Below, one piece after another: positions 19,153 to 28,559 of a stretch of DNA of 64,000 nucleotides. Positions within the stretch are counted from its first letter, which is position 1. Each line of letters starts with the position of its first letter. The notes under the pieces are model-generated. The model was given only the letters and a program-made list of their open reading frames with translations. It was not told the origin of the DNA and did no database searches. The DNA is from an uncultured delta proteobacterium (GTDB lineage: Bacteria > Desulfobacterota > Binatia > Binatales > Binataceae). Location: contig CAWIHG010000005.1 in assembly GCA_963835905.1 (NCBI GenBank), positions 1,396,018 through 1,460,017 on the forward strand, in the 5' to 3' direction. The translations under genes were made by a program, and so were the position numbers.

Positions 19153-19920
19153 TTATCTCAAGAAATAAGGCGCTATGATAAACAGGGCACCATCAAGCAG
19201 CGAGTGTGCGATCACGCAGGTTCCAACGTTCCGTCGCCAGACGTACAAAAGGACCAAAACCAGTTGTGGCAACAGGAACGTGTAAAGCACCTTCAAGCCC
19301 CAATCGCTGTGAGCAATCATCGAGCCCGCTAACGCCGCACAAGCGCCCCAGAAAATGCTTCCTGACCAGGTTTCGAATCGTTCTATCACATAGCCACGGC
19401 CGCATTCTTCGACCATCGCATCCCAAATCACCGCCACCGCTCGAGCCCATACGGGGAGGGCGAGGGCACGTTCAATTACGGATGTAAGGGCGGGATTGGC
19501 ATCTTGGATGCCGAATACCCAGAAAAGAATGTAGGCCTCGGCGTAAGCCAGAAGAAAACAAGAAAAAACCCCTGCGAGCGCGGGCGGAATTTCAGTAAGA
19601 GTTGGCAGCCGCCAGCCCGCCGACGCCAAAGGCTGGCGCTCCCAGCGGGTGATTATTGCCGCGAGGAAGACTATTGGCGAAAGAGCGTAAACCGCAGCTG
19701 CACCGCGCCCCAATTCGCTGGAGAACCGAACGTGTCCCAATACCTCGGTCACCTGCGGAATATCCGGAAGCAATACGAGGCCATAAGCCGACAGGACGCC
19801 CGCAAATAAGGCAGCTGGATTGACTCGTCGACGCAGGGCCGGCTCATCTGCGCATGTTTTAGTCCCTATTTTCAGAGCGTTTGGTTGTTCTCCTGTCGCA
19901 TTGCTACTGGTCACATGCAA
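19153..19920 (-). CDS. CPBP family intramembrane metalloprotease (Abi/CAAX-protease-like), candidate immunity protein
   Basis: Motif 1 EECGRGYVIERF (EExxxR), motif 2 FWGACAALAGSMIAHS (FxxxH), motif 3 HSLLDGA. Start overlaps the stop of the upstream toxin ORF by 10 nt. Confidence 0.7.
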   Translation of the reverse strand: MHVTSSNATGEQPNALKIGTKTCADEPALRRRVNPAALFAGVLSAYGLVLLPDIPQVTEVLGHVRFSSELGRGAAAVYALSPIVFLAAIITRWERQPLASAGWRLPTLTEIPPALAGVFSCFLLAYAEAYILFWVFGIQDANPALTSVIERALALPVWARAVAVIWDAMVEECGRGYVIERFETWSGSIFWGACAALAGSMIAHSDWGLKVLYTFLLPQLVLVLLYVWRRNVGTCVIAHSLLDGALFIIAPYFLR

Positions 19921-20900
19921 GCTCCGGACAGACTCAGGCCGTTGGGTGCTTGCATCATAGGGGCATCCGGCCGCTCAAGGCTCGCTGCGTTCAGAATGGC
20001 CCGCGCCGCAGAACCGAGTGTCGAGCAACCGGAATAGAATGAGGCCTGCGTCGTGGTGTTCGGCACGAAATCCAGATTCGAGTAACTCGGCAAATTCATC
20101 ACGGGCGGGAGATGAATGCGCGGATCTCCAAATATATATATCGCGAGTTTTCCGAGTAACGTAAAGAATACTCCTCCAAAACCCAGAATATACTTGGGCT
20201 TCGGCTTCGGCGTTGGCGTTGGTTTCGGCTTCTGCTTTTGCTTTGGCGCTGGCGGAGGAGGATCGGGTGGTGTCGGAGGCGGGCCGGGGCTGCCGCCCCA
20301 CACTTCGCCCGTTGGATCGACGAAGTTCATCGGGCTGTTGCCGACATACGCGAAGAAATTCACCTGGCCGCCGCCGAGACCGAGCGGATCTTGCGAGATA
20401 AAGCGGCTGAGCAAGGGATTGTAGTACCTCGCGCGCATGAAATAGAGCCCGGATGCGTCCAGCTCGCGCCCCGCGAACGCATACGGATTCGTCGTCGAAG
20501 ACCCGCTGCGCGAGGTCTTCCCGAACGGCTCGTATCCGTAACTCGTCGCGATGCTGCCGCCCGAGTTCACGAACCCAATCGTACTGCCGAGCGCGTCGCG
20601 CAGCAACGCCACCGCTCCCGCTGGAATCCGTGCTCGCAAACCAGTCATCGAGCCACAGCCCCGACAGAATGTCGATATTCCCGCTCATCGAGGACTGCAC
20701 CTGGACGGCGTTAAGCCCGTCGTAAACGTAGTTGTCTATCGTTGTCCCGGTATTCTGATGGACCCGCCGCCCCATCGCGTCGGACCGCTCGAATGGCAGC
20801 GTGTCAACCAGAAGCCGATGCGGTGTGTTTTCGCGCACGTGTACTCCGTAGTGAGAAGTGCTATAGTAATTCGGGATGGATATGAGGTTGCACAGGCGAA
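19911..20900 (-). pseudogene. Orphan rhs C-terminal tip 1: RHS core end + Pro/Lys-rich linker + small C-terminal toxin (one +1 frameshift)
   Basis: ...YVYDGLNAVQVQSSMSGNIDILSGLWLDDWFASTDSSGS, then a frameshift (one inserted g), then AVALLRDALGSTIGFVNSGGSIATSYGYEPFGKTSRSGSSTTNPYAFAGRELDASGLYFMRARYYNPLLSRFISQDPLGLGGGQVNFFAYVGNSPMNFVDPTGE. Followed by PPPTPPDPPPPAPKQKQKPKPTPTPKPKPK and a ~110-aa low-GC toxin with a hydrophobic helix YILGFGGVFFTLLGKLAIYIFG. Confidence 0.6.
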
Positions 20901-21274
20901 TATCCGTAATCAGCAGAAGACTGGAGAGTTATACATCGCCGGGAAGAGAATATAGTCACTCCGGGAGAGGATCGAACGAACCCACGTGGAAAATAGAAAA
21001 CGTCAAGAGTTCTCGCGTGTTCTCTCTTGATCATTGGCTCCCGCTGAGTATTCCGAAGCCGCCAAACCGCCCCCGATGAGCACTGCGAACCGGCGGATGA
21101 GCCGATATACGGGCCTGCGAACTCACCCAGCTATGGCGCAATCCGGCGCGGGCCTGCCTCGGCGGAAGCGCGGGAACCGGGCTGCGCGGATAACGCCGGC
21201 CCGGCGCCGCGATCGCACCGCTGTCGCGAAGTATATCGGACGTGATATGGCCTGAACCTACAGGAGATATCGCG

Positions 21275-22078
21275 ATGCCGCGCATTAAGACTGCCTCGAT
21301 AACGATCAACTACGAGACCTACGGCGAGGGCGAGCCGCTGCTGCTAATCATGGGCTTCGGGATGCCGGGGGCCGCATGGTTGCCGTCGCTGCCGTTCCTG
21401 ACCGGCTTCAAGTGCATCTATTTCGACAATCGCGGCACCGGACTTAGCGACAAGCCCGAGGGGCCGTACACGGTCGAGGACATGGCCGACGACGCCGCGA
21501 ACCTGCTCGACGCGCTGAAAATCGCGCGGGCCAAGGTGTTCGGCGTCTCGATGGGCGGGATGATCGCGCAGGAGCTGACCCTGCGTCATCCGGAAAAGGT
21601 CATCAGGGTCGTGCTCGGATGCACGATGCCCGGCGGTCCGAATGCGAAGATGGCGGCGCCGGACGTGATCGAGCGCCTGATGACGGCGAACAAGATCATG
21701 GGGAGCGAGCCGGAGCGCGGGTTGGACCTCCTGATGCCGGCGCTGTATCCGCCCGAGTTCATCGCGGCGCATCCGGAGATCAAGGAAATGATGCTGGCGG
21801 GGATGAAGATGATGCCGCCGACGCCGCCGGAGACCGCCGACCGCGCATTCGCCGGAATCGCGCAATTCAACGCGCTGGATCGCCTGGGTCAGATCAAGTG
21901 TCCGGTGATGATCGTGCACGGCGACAAGGACGTGCTGGTGCCGCCCGAGAACGCGCAACTGATCAAGAGCCGCATCCCGCAGGCCGAGATGTATATGATC
22001 GCGGGCGCGGGGCACGCGTTCCAGTCGGTGGACCTGGTTGGAATCCACCAGCGTATCGTCGATTGGCTCAAGCGCTGA
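21275..22078 (+). CDS. Alpha/beta hydrolase
   Basis: MPRIKTASITINYETYGEGEPLLLIMGFG, nucleophile elbow GVSMGG, late catalytic His. RBS aggaga precedes ATG at 21275, inside listed ORF 21242..22078. Confidence 0.8.
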   Translation: MPRIKTASITINYETYGEGEPLLLIMGFGMPGAAWLPSLPFLTGFKCIYFDNRGTGLSDKPEGPYTVEDMADDAANLLDALKIARAKVFGVSMGGMIAQELTLRHPEKVIRVVLGCTMPGGPNAKMAAPDVIERLMTANKIMGSEPERGLDLLMPALYPPEFIAAHPEIKEMMLAGMKMMPPTPPETADRAFAGIAQFNALDRLGQIKCPVMIVHGDKDVLVPPENAQLIKSRIPQAEMYMIAGAGHAFQSVDLVGIHQRIVDWLKR

Positions 22079-22088
22079 GCGGCGCGGC

Positions 22089-23174
22089 TCAGGAGCGCGG
22101 CGAGAATTCGAGGCGATAGACGACGTAGTTGGAGCATACGCGGGCGCCGAGCTTTTCCGCGGTGCGGCGCGAGGGCCAGTTGTCGTCCACAACCAGCGTG
22201 TAGCTCAGGAACTTCGCGCCGGACTCGATCAGTTTCAGGTACGCGTAGGAGGCCATCGCGATGTTCACGCCCTGCCCGCGCGCGCTCTGGCGCACGCCGA
22301 TGCCCAGGAAATTGAGCCGCTCGGAATCCGCGAGCTTCGCGCCCGGGCGCACAACCGCGAGCGCGGTCTGCTCGGGCGCGACCATCAAGGTGCCCACCGG
22401 CTCGCCGGCGCGATAGGCGATTACGCTGGTGTCGAGCGCGCCGATCGCCTCGAAGAGCATGAAGAATTCCTCGAACGCCGCGTCGGGCATCGCGACGTAC
22501 CCCCAGTGTTCGTGGAAGGCCTCATTGAAGGCGGGAGCGAAATCCGCCACCCGCCGATCGGCGGGAACTCCGCGCAGCGGCACGATGCTGAAGCCGGCGC
22601 GGCGCGCGCCCTCCAGCGCGCTCCGGTATCGCGCGATCAGCTCGGGGGTGACCTCGATCTTGTAATCGACGAATCCCTTCTCGGTCGCAAAGCCCGCGTC
22701 CTTGAGCATCGCGTGGTAGTAGTCGGGATTCTGGCGCACCATGAAGGGCGGCAGCGGCCGGTAGGCATCGATGGTAAACGGTCCGTCGAGCGGCAGCAGA
22801 AATCCGGCGCGCGCCGCGCGCGCACCCTGCGCGCGCAACCAGTCGCACGCCGCATCGACCATCGCGCGCACCGCTTCGCTCGCATCGGGCAACGCGTCGA
22901 ACATCGCGAGATGCCCGAGCGGATCGTTCCATCGGCGCTGGTAGGCGGGATCGAAAATCGCAAGCGCACGCGCGACGACTCCGCCGTCCTGGCGCGCCAC
23001 GAACGGACGCAGCGCCTTGCCCGCGGCCAGAGCGCTATGCCCGGTCAGCGTGGGCATCTCGACCATCTCCAGCGCGGGCCATCGCGCGGGCAGCGCCGAA
23101 TTGACGCTATCGGGCAGCGCGATGAACTCACGCAGCGCCGTCTCGCTGGAGGGCGATTCGATCTTAAGTCCCAA
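22089..23174 (-). CDS. GNAT-family N-acetyltransferase (two-domain)
   Basis: C-terminal acetyl-CoA-binding motif VRQSARGQGVNIAMASYAYLKLIESGAKFLSYTLV. Confidence 0.6.
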   Translation of the reverse strand: MGLKIESPSSETALREFIALPDSVNSALPARWPALEMVEMPTLTGHSALAAGKALRPFVARQDGGVVARALAIFDPAYQRRWNDPLGHLAMFDALPDASEAVRAMVDAACDWLRAQGARAARAGFLLPLDGPFTIDAYRPLPPFMVRQNPDYYHAMLKDAGFATEKGFVDYKIEVTPELIARYRSALEGARRAGFSIVPLRGVPADRRVADFAPAFNEAFHEHWGYVAMPDAAFEEFFMLFEAIGALDTSVIAYRAGEPVGTLMVAPEQTALAVVRPGAKLADSERLNFLGIGVRQSARGQGVNIAMASYAYLKLIESGAKFLSYTLVVDDNWPSRRTAEKLGARVCSNYVVYRLEFSPRS

Positions 23175-23331
23175 CCCGGTTCTCCGCGGGAAGCGTAACC
23201 ATGGCGAAGGCCGCCTTGTTTCCGCATCATGCGTGCGCTAATCACGACGCAGGGCAAAACTTAGCGCCACCGCCGCAAACCCGTCAATTCACCGTCGCGG
23301 GTGCGCGCCGGTTTCCCCGGGAGTCTCGCAG

Positions 23332-23544
23332 ATGGTCGAGAAAACGATCGAGCTAACAGGAATATCGGCCAACTCGGTCGAAGACGCGGTTCAGATTGCC
23401 GTGGCACGGGCGGGGGTCACGATCTCCGGCATCCATACCGTGCACGTCGAGGATATTTCCGCGGCGGTCGAGGCGGGCAAGGTTGCGCGATGGAGGGTGC
23501 GCATCAAGGCCACCTTCCAGGTCAAAGACGAGTTGCACGAGTGA
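23332..23544 (+). CDS. Dodecin-family flavin-binding protein
   Basis: 70 aa MVEKTIELTGISANSVEDAVQIAVARAGVTISGIHTVHVEDISAAVEAGKVARWRVRIKATFQV matches the dodecin fold signature. Confidence 0.7.
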   Translation: MVEKTIELTGISANSVEDAVQIAVARAGVTISGIHTVHVEDISAAVEAGKVARWRVRIKATFQVKDELHE

Positions 23545-23649
23545 GCCGCCGCCGATCGCGGCGATTCTGCGGCTTTATCGCGCCGCACCAACCGTGGTGG
23601 TTCGCAATGCCACAAGGTCATGCGAAACCGGCCACTGGAGTCCTCACCC

Positions 23650-24648
23650 ATGGCGACCAAAATAGTTGAGGTTCATCCCGGTATTTACGAGATCTTCCTG
23701 CCGCTCCCGATGCGGCCGACGATCATCAACGTGTACCTGCTCGATTGTCACGGAGCGTGGGCCCTGGTGGACACCGGGATGAACTCGCCCGAAAGCATCG
23801 CGACGCTCGAGGAAGCGTTCGCGCAGGTCGGGATCAAAATCGAAAATCTCGACGCGATCATCGCAACCCATCACCACATCGATCATTTTGGCGCCTCGGG
23901 CACACTCAAGCGCCGCAGCGGAGCGCAAGTGCATATCCATACGCTCGAGGCCGAGCGCGCGGACCGGATGCTGATGTTCGGACGGATGAGCCCCGGCGAT
24001 CGCCCGGAATCGCGCGCGTTTTTTCAGAGCCACGGATTTCCCATCGACCAGCACGAGCCCTCCGGGATGCGCCCGATGTGGATGGGCACCAACATGTACG
24101 CGCCGGTCACGAATCCCGATCACACGATCAGCGACGGCGACGTGATCAGCATCGGCGATCGCAAGCTGGAAGTCGTGTGGACGCCCGGCCATTCGCCCGG
24201 CCACAACGTGATTTACCTGCGCAAAGAGAAGGTGATGATCGTCGGCGATCACTTGCTTCCGAAAATCACCCCTCACGTCGGAATTTACCCCGATGGCGCG
24301 GGCACCAATCCGCTCGGCGACTTCATCAATTCACAGCTCAAGGTGCAGAAGTACGACGTCGAGATGGTGCTGCCCGCGCACGGCGGCGTCTATCAAGACC
24401 ATCGGCGCCGCGCCAACCAGCTCATCGAGCATCACCGCTATCGCGAGGCGGAGATGCTCGATCTCGTCAAGCACAAGCCGCAAACCGCATTTGACGTTGC
24501 CCAGCAGGTCTTCGGCGGCGAAGAGAGACCGATATTCCACGTGATGGCGGCGACCTTCGAAACCCTTGCCCACCTCGAACTTGCCTGTATAGAAGGTCGC
24601 GCCCGCAAGTCCGAACGCGACGGCCGGGTGCTTTTCCAAGCCCTGTAA
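23650..24648 (+). CDS. MBL-fold metallo-hydrolase
   Basis: THHHIDHFG metal-binding motif and downstream His/Asp ligands. Start taken at MATKIVEVHPG. Confidence 0.8.
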   Translation: MATKIVEVHPGIYEIFLPLPMRPTIINVYLLDCHGAWALVDTGMNSPESIATLEEAFAQVGIKIENLDAIIATHHHIDHFGASGTLKRRSGAQVHIHTLEAERADRMLMFGRMSPGDRPESRAFFQSHGFPIDQHEPSGMRPMWMGTNMYAPVTNPDHTISDGDVISIGDRKLEVVWTPGHSPGHNVIYLRKEKVMIVGDHLLPKITPHVGIYPDGAGTNPLGDFINSQLKVQKYDVEMVLPAHGGVYQDHRRRANQLIEHHRYREAEMLDLVKHKPQTAFDVAQQVFGGEERPIFHVMAATFETLAHLELACIEGRARKSERDGRVLFQAL

Positions 24649-24773
24649 TTGTGTTACGAAGGGTTTGCTAAATTTTTCATTAGGTGTATTTTGACGCTGC
24701 TTTGACAGCGGTGGCGGATTGCCCGTAGTGGGCCTTGTTACCGGGGGAGGCCCCCAGACTGAAGGAGGAAGCC

Positions 24774-25184
24774 ATGAGACGCACGATTGGGTTGTTGCTG
24801 GCCTCTGGGCTAGCAATGTTGGTGGCAGGGTGCGCGAGCACTGGAGGAGGGGGAGGCACCACGGCCGGCGCTACTGCGGCTACGGGTGGAGGAACTGCCG
24901 CTCCCACAGAGAGTATGCGTAATTTCAACCTCCGGGTTAAGTGCCCCGGAGTTCATACGCTCAAACTGCATGGATGGACCGATCAGCAAATCCAGGCACA
25001 GCTGAGCGTCGAGCCCGACGATATCGCCGCCTGCGAGAAGTGGGTGGCCGAACAGCCCAAGGGCTACGTTCCTCCTCCGCCCGCGGGTGTGACGCCCAAG
25101 AGAGTGCAGCTTCCGGCCGCGCAAGCCGCTCCAGCCGCCAGCAATGGCTCTGCGGCGGCAGCGCCGGCACCAGCCAAGCAGTAG
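24774..25184 (+). CDS. Lipoprotein, hypothetical
   Basis: RBS aggagg precedes ATG. Lipobox LVAGC, then a Gly/Thr/Ala-rich linker. No known domain. Confidence 0.6.
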   Translation: MRRTIGLLLASGLAMLVAGCASTGGGGGTTAGATAATGGGTAAPTESMRNFNLRVKCPGVHTLKLHGWTDQQIQAQLSVEPDDIAACEKWVAEQPKGYVPPPPAGVTPKRVQLPAAQAAPAASNGSAAAAPAPAKQ

Positions 25185-25345
25185 TCGCAGGCGGCCGGGC
25201 TTGGGCGGGCTTCTTGAAAGCCACGCTTATACTTCGGCCTCAGCTGGACGCGATAAATCAAGCGGCGCAGCGCTGATCAGCGCTGCGCCGCTTTTCCTTG
25301 GAGTTATGATTCTGCCGGCCCGGGCGCTTTGCCCGCGGCCGTGAA

Positions 25346-25780
25346 TTAGTGGGCGCGAGCCGCGCGCTTACCGTCGCGCCGCGAAGGGGCGCTGATTCGC
25401 CCGCTGCGAACCACCGGTGAACGACGCGCCAGTCGCCGCGTGGACACGCCGGCCAACTGCTGCGTACGCCACTCCTTCAGTCCCGAGCGCAGGAACCCCG
25501 GTTCGATACCGAGCGTCTCGCACACCGTCTCGAAAGAGAACGGGCCTTCGCCGCCTTCGCCGCACAGCCACTGCTCGGCTTCCTGGAACAGGCGCTTGCG
25601 CGCGCCGTTCTTGGCGTCGGCGTTATTCTGAAAGCAACGCAGGGCGTCCTCGAGGATCGCCATCATCAGCTTTTTGACTGGGCGGATCGAGCTATCGTCA
25701 CGCCGGCTGTCGTAGAACTGCTCCGGCGTAAGGACGTCAGGGACGAATAAAGAACCTAGTGAGCTGTTTTCCCATTCCAT
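25346..25780 (-). CDS. Hypothetical protein (144 aa)
   Basis: Preceded by an unusually AT-rich ~400-bp intergenic region that contains a long palindrome. Confidence 0.45.
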   Translation of the reverse strand: MEWENSSLGSLFVPDVLTPEQFYDSRRDDSSIRPVKKLMMAILEDALRCFQNNADAKNGARKRLFQEAEQWLCGEGGEGPFSFETVCETLGIEPGFLRSGLKEWRTQQLAGVSTRRLARRSPVVRSGRISAPSRRDGKRAARAH

Positions 25781-25985
25781 AAATTTGGCCTATCCGCTTT
25801 CCCCGCAAAAACATCCACCCCATGGAGGAGCCTGAGCGTCGAAAGGTCGGGTTCGTAAAATCCTGTAAACTTATCAGCAATTAATGTGCCACACACGCCA
25901 CACCCCCGCGATCCGCACATCTCTTGCGTTCCCTTGCATTCAGTCGAGGATTAGGACTGCTAAATCCTAGAAAACTTCGTATTAC

Positions 25986-26021
25986 CTTTGCACATCGCGA
26001 AATTATCCGCGATTTGCAAAG
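25986..26021. promoter_or_regulatory. 36-bp near-perfect palindrome CTTTGCAcATCGCGaAATtATcCGCGATtTGCAAAG, candidate operator
   Basis: Seen in sequence, ~200 bp upstream of the 25780 start in an AT-rich (~48% GC) intergenic region. A second 6-bp-stem hairpin (aggatt/aatcct) lies ~50 bp away. Confidence 0.4.
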
Positions 26022-26177
26022 AATCCAACGCCCGAATCCTTATGCCCCTTTTGCGACACAAGTGACAATTTAGCTACAGCCCCGGATGCAACTGCCTGTC
26101 GCTCGACCATTATACACGATTGATGGCGGTGCTGGATCACCGGCGACGCAGAGAATTTCAGGCTCCCTGAAGCGCTT

Positions 26178-26849
26178 CTACTGCACCATGTCCGGACCAC
26201 CGCCGGGACCGCCGGAGCCGGATTTGCGCTCTTCGAGCTTGAATGCCAGCACGTCCAGCAGAGACTCAACCCGATCCGTCAGCGCCTCCAGCATCGTCTG
26301 CTTCTCGATCGGCGCCAGGTCCAGGTGAAAGCACAAAAAATTTATCAACTGCGGCCCGTGCAGCCCGCGCTGCTCGACGAGCATGCGCCATGCCTCTTTG
26401 GCGGGCGGGCCGAGATAGCCGAACAGCATCTCGCGCAGCCCCTCTAGCGTCTCAACGTCGCATTCGAGCAGGCCCGGTTCGACGGGGCACCATTGCACCT
26501 CGGCCTGCCGGTAGGATCGTTCTCGGATCTCGCGCACGACACGAAACTCCGAGAACCCTTCCAGCACCAGGTTGTAGCGTCCGTCGGGAAGAGGGACCAA
26601 CTCGTTTATTCGTCCGGCGCATCCGATCTCGAAAATATCCGGGGCGGTGCTGACGTCGGCGACCGGATTGCCCTTCAGCAGCATCATCCCGACCACTCGC
26701 TCCCGTCCGGCGATATCCGCGACCATCTCGCGATAGCGCGGCTCGAAGATATGCAGCGGCACCCTGACTCCGGGAAACAAGACCAGATTGGGCAGCGGAA
26801 ATAGTGGAATGATTCTGAGAGACTCAGACACGAGCAGCCAAGCCGCCAA
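26178..26849 (-). CDS. LON N-terminal (LonN) domain protein
   Basis: IIPLFPLPNLVLFPGVRVPLHIFEPRYREMV is the classic Lon substrate-binding N-domain start. No ATPase or protease domain follows. Confidence 0.7.
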   Translation of the reverse strand: MAAWLLVSESLRIIPLFPLPNLVLFPGVRVPLHIFEPRYREMVADIAGRERVVGMMLLKGNPVADVSTAPDIFEIGCAGRINELVPLPDGRYNLVLEGFSEFRVVREIRERSYRQAEVQWCPVEPGLLECDVETLEGLREMLFGYLGPPAKEAWRMLVEQRGLHGPQLINFLCFHLDLAPIEKQTMLEALTDRVESLLDVLAFKLEERKSGSGGPGGGPDMVQ

Positions 26850-26886
26850 ACGCGAGAGTAAGGCCGCGGCGATATTGCGTCAAGAT

Positions 26887-26931
26887 CGGCGCGATTGCGG
26901 CTGCGTTAATTGAGCATTCACAATCGCGCCG
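26887..26931. promoter_or_regulatory. 11-bp perfect inverted repeat cggcgcgattg-N23-caatcgcgccg in a divergent promoter region
   Basis: Seen in sequence between the LonN-domain gene and the ALDH gene. Confidence 0.3.
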
Positions 26932-27064
26932 TGCGGACCCCGTCGCACGCCGCGGCCGCCTCGCCGCCGCATCGGATGCGAATCGCAGGCGGTTTCGCTA
27001 TCGTGCCAGAAACGCGGCGCCGCCCGATTGCTCTGCACTCGGCGCCGTCCGCGGAGCCGCAAAG

Positions 27065-28543
27065 ATGGAAACCAGGCTGTTCATTGCCGGAAGCTACTCG
27101 GATGCAACTTCCTCCGCGCGCTTCGAGGATATCGAGCCCGGGAGCGCCGAGCTGCTCGCCACCGTGCCCGAAGCTTCAAGCAACGATATCGAGCGCGCCG
27201 TCGCAGCCGCGCGTCAGGCCGCCGACGGCGGCGCCTGGCCCGCGATGTCGACCGACGCACGCGCCGCGGTGCTCGGGCGGATGGCCGACGGAATCGAGCG
27301 GCGCGCTCAGGAACTTGGCCGGCTCGAAGCGCGCGACGTGGGCAAGCCCGTCGCCGAATGCGTCAATCACGATATAGCGCGCGCCGCGAAAAACCTCCGC
27401 TTCTTCGCCGCCGCCGCGCAGGCGTGGACCCAGGAAGCCTCGCTCGGCGACGCCAAGTTCCTGGGCGAGGACCTGCGCCTGGCAAGCCTGACCCAGCGCC
27501 CGCCGCTCGGCGCCGGCGCGATCATCATTCCGTGGAATTCGCCCCTGATGCTGGCGACGTGGAATCTCGGGCCGTGCCTGGCCACCGGCAATACCTGCGT
27601 GCTCAAGCCCAGCGAGATGGCGCCGCTCACCTCGATCGCGCTGGGCGAAATTGCCGCGGAAGCGGGACTGCCGCCCGGCGTGCTCAATATCGTCACCGGC
27701 CTCGCGCAGACCGGACAGGCGCTCGTCTCGCATCCGGGAATTGACGCAATCGCGTTTACCGGCGGCGCCGCGACCGCACGCAACGTGATGGCGGCGGCGG
27801 CGCAGTCGCTCAAGCGCGTCACGCTGGAGCTGGGCGGCAAGTCACCCAACCTGGTCTTCGCCGACTGCGAGCTGCGGCGCACCGCCGTCGGCGTGGCGCG
27901 GTCGATCTTTCGCAGCCAGGGACAATCCTGCGTCGCGGGATCGCGCCTGGTGGTCGACCGCCGCATCGCCGATGATTTCCTGGTGCTCTTGCTCGACGAA
28001 GTGAAGCGGCTTCGGATCGGCGATCCGCTCGATGAGCGCACCGAGTACGGACCGCTCATCTCGGCGGCGCATCGCGAGCGCGTGCACGGCGTCGTGACCG
28101 AGGCGGTCGCCGGCGGCGCAAAGCTGCTCTGCGGCGGAAGCGCGCCGGAGGGTATCACGCGCGGGTTCTATTATCTGCCGACGATCCTCGACCGCGCAGC
28201 GCCATCCTCACGCGCGGCCAGCGAGGAAATTTTCGGGCCGGTGCTCACCGTCGAGCGCTTCGACGGCGAGGACGAGGCTGTCGCCGCGGCCAACGCGACC
28301 CGCCATGGATTGGCCGCCTATGTATGGACGCGCGACGTGAATCGCGCGCTGCGCGTGGCGGAAAAAATCAAAACCGGGATGGTGTGGGTCAACAGCTTCT
28401 TCCTGCGCGACCTGCGCACCCCGTTCGGCGGCGCCAAAATGAGCGGGCTCGGGCGCCAGGGCGGCCGCTGGGCGCTGGAGTTCTGGACCGAACCGAAGCT
28501 GGTGTGCCTGGCCTATCCCCAGACGGATCGCAACGAGCGCTGA
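27065..28543 (+). CDS. NAD(P)-dependent aldehyde dehydrogenase
   Basis: 492 aa with ELGGKSP and catalytic-Cys region QGQSCVAGSRL. Confidence 0.9.
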   Translation: METRLFIAGSYSDATSSARFEDIEPGSAELLATVPEASSNDIERAVAAARQAADGGAWPAMSTDARAAVLGRMADGIERRAQELGRLEARDVGKPVAECVNHDIARAAKNLRFFAAAAQAWTQEASLGDAKFLGEDLRLASLTQRPPLGAGAIIIPWNSPLMLATWNLGPCLATGNTCVLKPSEMAPLTSIALGEIAAEAGLPPGVLNIVTGLAQTGQALVSHPGIDAIAFTGGAATARNVMAAAAQSLKRVTLELGGKSPNLVFADCELRRTAVGVARSIFRSQGQSCVAGSRLVVDRRIADDFLVLLLDEVKRLRIGDPLDERTEYGPLISAAHRERVHGVVTEAVAGGAKLLCGGSAPEGITRGFYYLPTILDRAAPSSRAASEEIFGPVLTVERFDGEDEAVAAANATRHGLAAYVWTRDVNRALRVAEKIKTGMVWVNSFFLRDLRTPFGGAKMSGLGRQGGRWALEFWTEPKLVCLAYPQTDRNER

Positions 28544-28559
28544 GCGGAGAAAAACAGAG

